Source of the DNA: Methanobrevibacter sp.
GTDB taxonomy: Archaea; Methanobacteriota; Methanobacteria; Methanobacteriales; Methanobacteriaceae
Reading direction: 5' to 3'
DNA length: 64,000 nucleotides
Assembly (NCBI RefSeq): GCF_045220775.1
Contig: NZ_JBGUWC010000078.1
Span: 12,120-76,119 of the forward strand
The notes beneath the pieces were generated by a model. That model saw nothing but the letters and a program-made list of their open reading frames with translations, did no database searches and was not told the origin of the DNA. Position 1 is the first letter of the stretch. Each line of letters starts with the position of its first letter. Of this stretch, positions 57,164-64,000 are shown in pieces. A program made the position numbers and the translations under genes.

Positions 57164-58669
57164 ATGAACGGAATAACCATCTTAATTTGGATAACTATTG
57201 CAATAATTGGTATTATAGCTATTTTACTTGTAAAACTACATTACCAAGGAAATGAACTGGAAAATGAAGAAGGATCAATACTTCCAAGCAGTGAAGCCAT
57301 TAATGGACTGATATCACAAGGAAAAGAAAGAATTAATTCAAGCACTAAAAATCATAGCTTATCCCAAAAAACAACCCAAAATACAAAATCACTATATGGA
57401 AACAGACCTCAAAGAGCTCCAGATTATGATGTATATATCGTTCCGGAAGAATATGAAAACATGAAAAGATATGAATATGAATCCGAAAATCAAGTTCTCA
57501 TTAATTATGGAAATGAAGTTAAAAAATTCCAAGAACCAATCAAACAAAGCCAGATGGATATTATGAATCAGAATAACGAAGATAAAACCGAATTGAAAGA
57601 CTTATTTACAATCGATGAATTGATCAAAGAATCTAAAAGAAAAGACGATGAAAGAGAAAAAGAATCTCAAAAAATAGATAGAGAGGATGATGCCGAATTG
57701 GCCGAAATCAAAGAAAGCATAAAGCAAAGAAAAGAAAACAAGGTTGAAGAGCCTCTCATCGAAGAAGTCATTTCTGAAAGTGAAACCATTGAAGACATAA
57801 TTACAGAAGACGATTCATCAAGTGAAATTGCTGATGCAATTACTGAAGAAGTGGAAAAAGCTCCCGAAGAAGTTGAAGAGGCTCCTAAAGAAGAAGTTGC
57901 TACAACCTCACAAAAGGAAATTGAAGAAGTAATCACATCCGCTTCCGAAGAAAGCAAAGAAGAAGAAATTGAAAGCATATCCGAAGACAAAAACATTACT
58001 GACGTGTTGTTGAGTGCTGATAATGATGAATTGGACATTCCAAATGAAGAAATAAAAGAGCCAACACTCAAAACCCCAAGCAAAGTCGGTGAAAGAAAAG
58101 ATTATGAATTCGGAGCACCTATTGATGATTCAGACCTATTCAATGATGACAAAAACATGGACTTGGACTACAGAAAAGATCTGGACAAGATAACCAATAA
58201 GATTACCGGCTCTAAAATCTTCCAGGATGTCAAAGAGAAATTGATTCCTGAAACTGAACAAACCCCAAGCGATGATGAAAGCTACATCAGAAAGGTAAAC
58301 AGATATGATGAGTATGAGCCTATCATCAACGAGACCCATATCGATTATGAAAACATGCATGACAACTACGACCAAAGGTTAAGGCAGGAAAATACACGCA
58401 GAGTTTTCAATATGGCTAAAAACTCACCTGAACCTGAACTTGCACAACCGAAAGCAGGATCCATCAAAGGAAAACCTGCCAGGGACAACATTAAAATAAC
58501 CATTGGAAATGCTGAATATGTGCTTAAAAAAGGAGATGAAATTATCTTCAATCACTTAGGTGAAACCTATTCAAGCCAAGTCTATGGCATACATGGCGAT
58601 GACATCTCCGTCAGGTACAGACGCCAAAACATTAAAATCAAACCAGAAGATGTGAAAAAGGTATATTAA
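57164..58669 (+). CDS. membrane-anchored glutamate-rich protein, unknown function
   Basis: N-terminal TM helix (ITILIWITIAIIGIIAILLV), a long E/K/D-rich low-complexity centre and a small basic C-terminal domain. The antisense ORFs are rejected. Confidence 0.55.
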   Translation: MNGITILIWITIAIIGIIAILLVKLHYQGNELENEEGSILPSSEAINGLISQGKERINSSTKNHSLSQKTTQNTKSLYGNRPQRAPDYDVYIVPEEYENMKRYEYESENQVLINYGNEVKKFQEPIKQSQMDIMNQNNEDKTELKDLFTIDELIKESKRKDDEREKESQKIDREDDAELAEIKESIKQRKENKVEEPLIEEVISESETIEDIITEDDSSSEIADAITEEVEKAPEEVEEAPKEEVATTSQKEIEEVITSASEESKEEEIESISEDKNITDVLLSADNDELDIPNEEIKEPTLKTPSKVGERKDYEFGAPIDDSDLFNDDKNMDLDYRKDLDKITNKITGSKIFQDVKEKLIPETEQTPSDDESYIRKVNRYDEYEPIINETHIDYENMHDNYDQRLRQENTRRVFNMAKNSPEPELAQPKAGSIKGKPARDNIKITIGNAEYVLKKGDEIIFNHLGETYSSQVYGIHGDDISVRYRRQNIKIKPEDVKKVY

Positions 58670-58717
58670 ATATCTTTTTTACCAAATTTTTTTTTAAAAA
58701 AATAGATTAAGAAAGAA

Positions 58718-59194
58718 TTACTCTTTCTTATTTAACTTATACGCACCATTTTCAACAATATATTTAGGTACGATTATTTTTAAGGAACGGATGACATTCA
58801 AATAAAAGTCATCGAGCTCCCTATCCGCATAAGGATAGGTAAATTCAAAAACATACAAATTATTGTCCTCAACATATAGGAATTCGTTCCTGCGAACCTC
58901 CTTTTCGCCATCTGAAAATGAGGATACCACCATATAGTAGATATCATCATTGATGGCAATGAAATCAGATGCGATCACATTAATCTTATCATTGCCCTGC
59001 AGATTCTTTTCAATGTCCTGGCTGATTTCAGGAAGCCCCACCAATGTGGGAGTAGTTGAAAATTTTATAGACATCGGGATTTTAGTATTTACAAGATGCA
59101 TGTCATTAAATTCATCTTTTGTTGCAACGGCATCAAAATCTTCAGGCATCTGAAGAGTTACAAAGCCGTTTGAAAATAATGTCACCAAAATCAC
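58718..59194 (-). CDS. hypothetical protein (158 aa)
   Basis: GTG start immediately after the gltX TAG (TAGGTG). An alternative internal Met exists 15 codons in. No motif recognised. Confidence 0.4.
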   Translation of the reverse strand: MILVTLFSNGFVTLQMPEDFDAVATKDEFNDMHLVNTKIPMSIKFSTTPTLVGLPEISQDIEKNLQGNDKINVIASDFIAINDDIYYMVVSSFSDGEKEVRRNEFLYVEDNNLYVFEFTYPYADRELDDFYLNVIRSLKIIVPKYIVENGAYKLNKKE

Positions 59195-60865
59195 CTATTT
59201 GTGTGCATAGTAGAATACCAATTCATCATCCTTGACTTCATCCAAACGGGCAAATCCTACCCTTTCAAACTGAACAACATCTCCAACAGACAAATCACGT
59301 AAAGCACCTTCACCCAAACCGGACTTGACTGAAGCGTCATCCATGACGATTTTCACATTGACATTGTCTTCAGTAGGCACCCATTGGATGATTCTTGCTT
59401 TGACAGCCCTTGCATCCTCAAATGAGGTGGAGTGATAAGCTATTTTATCTCCGGCAATTTCGACATTGACTGCATCCATCAGTCTGAACAGTCCATCGTT
59501 AATGTCGGATTTTGCAAGGCATGCCTTTCCGTCAAACGGCAAAATCCTGTTTCCCCTATCCAAATGGTCTGCATGAAGCGGCCTTTCAATTGAAACTTCG
59601 CCGCCTTCATAGCCTTCAACTTCAATTTCCACAGGGTCTTCACAGAAGAAATACCTGTTGGCTACAGGTTCCAGGAAATTGCGGTTCAATCCGTAAATCT
59701 TCTTCCAGCTGATTGCTGAATCCGCCATTTTGACTCCGATTTCAGTAATCAGATTATATATGGTTCTTGGGTCTATTCCACGTCTTGCAATGGCCCTTAA
59801 GGTTCCAAGCCTTGGATCATCCCATCCGGAGTAGGTTCCGTCTTCAATTCCAGCCATCGCCTTTGAGGTACTGAGTGCAATGTCCTCCATCTTAAGCCTT
59901 CCATAGTGGATATACTCAGGAGTATCCCATCCCATGGCATCATACAGGTACTTTTGCTTTTCAGTATTGGCCAAGTGATCCTTTCCCCTTAAGACATGAG
60001 TCAATCCCATCAGATGGTCATCCACTGCAACGGAGAAGTTCATCATAGGGTATATCCTGTATTTTGTGCCCAAGCGAGGATGCTCTTCATCAACCAATCT
60101 CATAGCAACCCAGTCACGGATTGCAGGGTTTTTGTGGTTGATGTCAGTCTTGACCCTAAGCACGGCCTCACCTGCTTCCATAGTGTCAAACTTGTCCCAT
60201 AACTCGAGGTTCTCTTCAACGCTGTTGTCACGGCAAGGACATGCCTTGCAGTTGTCCTTAAGCTCCTTGAAGTCTGCACCGTCACAGGTACACATGTAAG
60301 CTGCGCCCTTTTCAATCAGTTGGCGAGCGTAATCGTAATAGATTTCAAACCTGTCGGACTGATAAATAACTTCATCAGGATTGATTCCAAGCCATTCAAG
60401 ATCCTCCGGAATCATTTCGTAAGCAGGTTCGAATACTCTTTTGGGATCAGTATCCTCAATTCTTAAAATCAGTTTACCGTTATGTCTTTTCACATATTCC
60501 GCATTCGGAACGGCTGCTCTTGAGTGTCCGATGTGCAATGGTCCGCTTGGGTTTGGAGCAAATCTCAAAACGATGTTTTCATGAGTTCCGGGAAGCTCCT
60601 GAAGGCCTTTCTCTTTAGCTTTAGGCTTTTTGTCCTGAACTTCAACACCTAACTTTTCCATTTCTGAAGCTTGCTCTTCAGGGCTTAACGCATTCACTTT
60701 TGCCACAATCTTACCCGCTAAGGGACCGATTTCTTTCGCTCTGCTTCTGAGTTCCGGCTCATTTGACATTATTGAGCCCATTACAGCACCGGGATTTGCA
60801 CTTCCCTTATGTTTGGCCGCATTCAACAAAGCATGTTTGAAAACAATTTCTTCTAAATCATTCAT
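59195..60865 (-). CDS. gltX: glutamate--tRNA ligase (archaeal/eukaryal type)
   Basis: Class I HIGH motif RFAPNPSGPLHIGHSRAA. 556 aa, the archaeal GluRS length. Confidence 0.9.
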   Translation of the reverse strand: MNDLEEIVFKHALLNAAKHKGSANPGAVMGSIMSNEPELRSRAKEIGPLAGKIVAKVNALSPEEQASEMEKLGVEVQDKKPKAKEKGLQELPGTHENIVLRFAPNPSGPLHIGHSRAAVPNAEYVKRHNGKLILRIEDTDPKRVFEPAYEMIPEDLEWLGINPDEVIYQSDRFEIYYDYARQLIEKGAAYMCTCDGADFKELKDNCKACPCRDNSVEENLELWDKFDTMEAGEAVLRVKTDINHKNPAIRDWVAMRLVDEEHPRLGTKYRIYPMMNFSVAVDDHLMGLTHVLRGKDHLANTEKQKYLYDAMGWDTPEYIHYGRLKMEDIALSTSKAMAGIEDGTYSGWDDPRLGTLRAIARRGIDPRTIYNLITEIGVKMADSAISWKKIYGLNRNFLEPVANRYFFCEDPVEIEVEGYEGGEVSIERPLHADHLDRGNRILPFDGKACLAKSDINDGLFRLMDAVNVEIAGDKIAYHSTSFEDARAVKARIIQWVPTEDNVNVKIVMDDASVKSGLGEGALRDLSVGDVVQFERVGFARLDEVKDDELVFYYAHK

Positions 60866-60990
60866 TTAATCATCACATTTAATTAATTCAATAAAAATAA
60901 GCAATATTATTTATTTAATTGAAGATATATAATATTAACGAGAGTAGCTATTGAAAGATTAGGAGTTAGATAAAAAAAACTTAGGTTGAT

Positions 60991-61998
60991 ATGATGAGTG
61001 ATGCTGTTAATCAGGCAAAGCAATATATTGAAGAGGAAAACTTCAGTGAAGCTCTTAAGATAGCTAGAAAAAGACATGCGAAAGATGATGTCGAATCATA
61101 CTTACTAATTTTAGATTTATTGATTGAAGCAGGCCATCTGCCTGCACTTGAAGAAAAGGGACTGTATTACCAGTACTATGATGAGGGCCATGGCGATGGC
61201 AATTACGGTGAGAAATACTTTGATGAATATTTAGAAAAGCAGCCCAATTCCATCAACGTCCTATGCGACAAGGCGATGTCACGATTCAACAAGGGCGAAG
61301 TCGACGAAGCGTTGACCTACATGGACAGGGCTTACAAGAACTATTCATCATATTCGAAAATCGAAGAGCCCCGAATTTCCAAAAAAGAGCTTTTGATGGC
61401 AAAAATCGAACTGCTTATGCAGGCAAAGCAATATGAGGATGCATTGAGGTTTCTAAACAACTACGAAAACCAGTTCGGAGGCGACCAGAAGTCAGACCTG
61501 TACAAGGGCCAGATGCTCCAGAAGAACGGCAGGAACGAGGAGGCATTGGAATACCTAGACAAATCACTTTCAGAAGAGGACACATTGGTCGGATTCAATG
61601 CAAAGGGGGATGCGTTGTTTGAGCTTAAGGACTATGGGGAAGCGCTGAAATGCTACAAGAACTGCCTCCACTATGAAGGCAAGGTCGAAGATGACCTGGA
61701 ACTGGTCACCAACTTCAACTACAAGGCCGCCTTCTGCTGCGTCAATCTCGGCGACGATGCCGAAGCAATCAAATACCTGAACAAGACCATCAACATGCTG
61801 AATGAGCACGGCAGGCTTCCAAAAGACATCGAAGCAATCTATCAGAAATGCTCCTTTGAAAAGGAAAGGATACTGAAGAAAGGGGAAGTCGAAGACAAGG
61901 AATTCAGGAAAACAAGATTCTTCTCGGCAAAGACTTCGATTATCATATTAATTGTTATACTAATATTGTATGTAATATTGAAAATGAACGGATATTAG
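60991..61998 (+). CDS. TPR-repeat protein with C-terminal transmembrane anchor
   Basis: Repeated 34-aa A/Y/L patterns (EEALEYLDKSL, GEALKCYKNCL, DAEAIKYLNKTI). Hydrophobic tail IIILIVILILYVIL. Confidence 0.7.
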   Translation: MMSDAVNQAKQYIEEENFSEALKIARKRHAKDDVESYLLILDLLIEAGHLPALEEKGLYYQYYDEGHGDGNYGEKYFDEYLEKQPNSINVLCDKAMSRFNKGEVDEALTYMDRAYKNYSSYSKIEEPRISKKELLMAKIELLMQAKQYEDALRFLNNYENQFGGDQKSDLYKGQMLQKNGRNEEALEYLDKSLSEEDTLVGFNAKGDALFELKDYGEALKCYKNCLHYEGKVEDDLELVTNFNYKAAFCCVNLGDDAEAIKYLNKTINMLNEHGRLPKDIEAIYQKCSFEKERILKKGEVEDKEFRKTRFFSAKTSIIILIVILILYVILKMNGY

Positions 61999-62130
61999 AC
62001 TCAAAAACCGGAGTAAATCAAACTCCACTATTCTTTTTTTAATAATACCTTTTTATAATTGAGTTTTTACATAAATCCAAATGTAACATATTTTGAACTA
62101 TTCAAAATTGAATTTTTGTTTAAAAACGTT

Positions 62131-63978
62131 ATGAAATGTGTGATAATGATGAGAATGAAAAGATTGATATTGGTCAGCGTATTTCTGCTGGCCATCTTAG
62201 CAATGTGTGCTGTTAGCGCGGCTGATGATACTTCAGCAGACAATCTAACAGTAGAAGAAATCGACAATACGGTTTCGATTGATGAAAGCGTAGACAATGA
62301 AACAATTGAATCCGGTACGGATGAACCAGTACTGTCCGAAAAGAAGGATTCTAGAATGACAGTCAACACTTCAATTGATAAGAATGACGAAATAATCGAT
62401 GAAATTGTAGTCACCGACTACGATGCGGAAAACACTTATTTCCATGTTAAATTCCCTCAAAAAGTCAATGGAACATTATCTCTTTACATAGATAATAACT
62501 ACATGAGCAATAAGACCATTACTGCCAAAAATCATTATTTTTCCATGTATTCCAAGGACTATAATCTCACATACAACAAACATACATGGGAAATCAAATA
62601 TTCCGGCGACGACAGTTATGCTCCAAAATCAGTGAAAGGCAGCTTCCAGCTGCTTCCATATGACGTTTCAGAAGTCGGAATTGTCTATGGGACAACCGAA
62701 CTTTTAGAGATATTCATTAATGAAGGAACCGGAAATGTAATCGCCACAATTGACGACAAAAAATATTCAGCACCGATTATAAGGGGTGTTGCCACCATAA
62801 CACTGCCTTCATTGAGCATGGGATACCACAACCTTCACATTGACTATGCGGGAGATAAGAATCTTGCAGCATTTTCACTTGATAGGGCTGTGGAAGTTTA
62901 TGGATATCCAACGGAGGTTTGGAACACAGCCTACAACAGCAAAGACGCTACAATCTCCTTGCAGTTGCCTAGCAATGCAAAAGGAAATCTGCAAGTTAAA
63001 GTGAATGATGAGGAAATCAAAAATGTTCCATTGGTTAACGGTTTTGCAAGCGTTTCCCTATCAGATTATAAGGAGTTAGGTAAGGAATACTGGATTGACG
63101 CCAAATATACCGGAAGCGACTACAAAATTCTTGAATTTGGAGAATTTTTGTATAGCGAGCCAATAGTTAAAGTCGATACCGAACTGATAAAAGGCAAGGA
63201 ATATACACTTACCTTCGAACTTCCAAGCACATATTCAGGCAACTTAACAGTAATAGTTCCTGGCAGCTATTTTCTTGAATCCGACCATCCAATCAATACA
63301 AAGGTTGTAAACGGAAAGGCAAGCGTCAAGTTCATAGCCAACAAATCCGGACCGATCAACATGGAATATGAAGACAGCAAAGGAAATTATTTCTACCCTG
63401 AGGCATACATCTTCGTAGGTCAGGACCCTAATATGTCTGCTAGCGTCGAATCCAAAGCAGGCGAAAACCCTGTATTTAAAGTGAATGTTGCAAAGGATGC
63501 TGGCGGAGCCATAACCGTACTGATAAACGGCAAGAAATACAGCAGTTCATACTTTACCGGCAGCGGATCATTGACCATACCAGGACTTGCAGACGGAACC
63601 TACACCGCAGTTGTAATCTACAGCGGGGACGACAACTACATTTCAACATCCAAGACACTTACCTTTACAAAAGCCAGCAAAAAAGTTTCTAAACCGAATA
63701 AGATAACATTGACCCTCAAAAAGGTCAAAGTCAAAAAATCAGCCAAAAAGCTCATCTTGACCGCAACATTGAAAATCAATGGAAAAGCCGTCAAAGGCAA
63801 ATGGATAAAATTCAAATTCAACAAAAAAGCAATAAAAGCAAAAACCAATAAAAAGGGAATTGCAAAAGTAACCATCAAGAAAAACGTTTTAAAAAAACTT
63901 AAAGTGGGCAAAAAGGTCAAATACCAAGCTAGCTACGGTAAAAAAGTCGCTAAAAGAACTGCAAAAGTCAAAAGGTAG
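62131..63978 (+). CDS. adhesin-like surface protein with Ig-like repeats and lysine-rich C-terminal module
   Basis: Signal peptide MKRLILVSVFLLAILAMCAVSAADD. About five repeats of the pattern G.L.V.VN....V.NG.ASV.L......Y.GD.NY. The tail TLKKVKVKKSAKKL...KTNKKGIAKVTIKK is typical of Methanobrevibacter adhesin-like proteins. The track ORF starts at TTG 62059. Confidence 0.75.
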   Translation: MKCVIMMRMKRLILVSVFLLAILAMCAVSAADDTSADNLTVEEIDNTVSIDESVDNETIESGTDEPVLSEKKDSRMTVNTSIDKNDEIIDEIVVTDYDAENTYFHVKFPQKVNGTLSLYIDNNYMSNKTITAKNHYFSMYSKDYNLTYNKHTWEIKYSGDDSYAPKSVKGSFQLLPYDVSEVGIVYGTTELLEIFINEGTGNVIATIDDKKYSAPIIRGVATITLPSLSMGYHNLHIDYAGDKNLAAFSLDRAVEVYGYPTEVWNTAYNSKDATISLQLPSNAKGNLQVKVNDEEIKNVPLVNGFASVSLSDYKELGKEYWIDAKYTGSDYKILEFGEFLYSEPIVKVDTELIKGKEYTLTFELPSTYSGNLTVIVPGSYFLESDHPINTKVVNGKASVKFIANKSGPINMEYEDSKGNYFYPEAYIFVGQDPNMSASVESKAGENPVFKVNVAKDAGGAITVLINGKKYSSSYFTGSGSLTIPGLADGTYTAVVIYSGDDNYISTSKTLTFTKASKKVSKPNKITLTLKKVKVKKSAKKLILTATLKINGKAVKGKWIKFKFNKKAIKAKTNKKGIAKVTIKKNVLKKLKVGKKVKYQASYGKKVAKRTAKVKR

Positions 63979-64000
63979 ATGCAACACGCATCTACAACTT

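Noticed and set aside
57667-58551. Minus-strand ORFs (57667-58083, 58136-58375, 58366-58551) inside the glutamate-rich membrane protein gene
   Set aside because: They are the reverse frames of a GAA/GAT-rich gene, which give S/F/L-rich shadow ORFs. The plus-strand ORF is continuous for 501 codons with a clear TM anchor.
60991-61998. GC-rich stretch in the TPR gene (about 48-53% G+C in hand-counted lines 61441-61560) as a horizontal-transfer signal
   Set aside because: Sample lines from undoubted core genes (gltX, aroC, dapL) are similarly 43-50% G+C. The real compositional outliers are the AT-rich accessory cassettes, not this gene.
1-64000. Search for tRNA, rRNA, CRISPR repeats, IS elements, integrases or prophage genes
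   Set aside because: There are no GC-rich structured segments of tRNA or rRNA size in the intergenic gaps. There are no regularly spaced direct repeats. No transposase, integrase or capsid-like ORFs were recognised.

Overview
AT-rich archaeal chromosomal segment. Its gene content points to a Methanobrevibacter-like member of the Methanobacteriales: a separately encoded small C-terminal subunit of family-B DNA polymerase, HypE, r-protein S8e, SRP19, archaeal PheS and GluRS, LL-DAP aminotransferase DapL, ADP-forming acetyl-CoA synthetase, and an Ig-repeat adhesin-like protein with a lysine-rich tail. I call about 70 protein genes, one frameshifted pseudogene, a truncated purC at the left edge, a few hairpin terminators and several operator-like palindromes. 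I saw no rRNA, tRNA, CRISPR array, integrase or transposase. Three kinds of accessory block interrupt the housekeeping genes. (1) 3.6-14.3 kb is a divergent cell-envelope decoration locus. It combines a phosphonate (C-P) pathway (cytidylyltransferase-fused PEP mutase, phosphonopyruvate decarboxylase) with bacterial-type GpsA, a TarI/IspD-like cytidylyltransferase and three LicD phosphotransferases. (2) 42.3-51.9 kb is a sulfur/thiol block: two orphan NMT1/SsuA-type binding proteins, a ThiS-like GG protein, a LarE-like PP-loop ATPase, a ThiF-like E1, FdhD, two glutamate-cysteine-ligase-family enzymes and an EgtC/YafJ-like class II amidotransferase. Its promoter regions share a 12-bp palindrome TAACAATTGTTA, and this block is my top candidate for an undescribed system. 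(3) There are small AT-rich cassettes: a minimal-nucleotidyltransferase two-gene module between hemB and aroC, a DUF4258/DUF2283-like pair, and three unknown genes appended to the dapL operon. All functional calls come from motifs read by eye in the supplied translations; no database search was possible.
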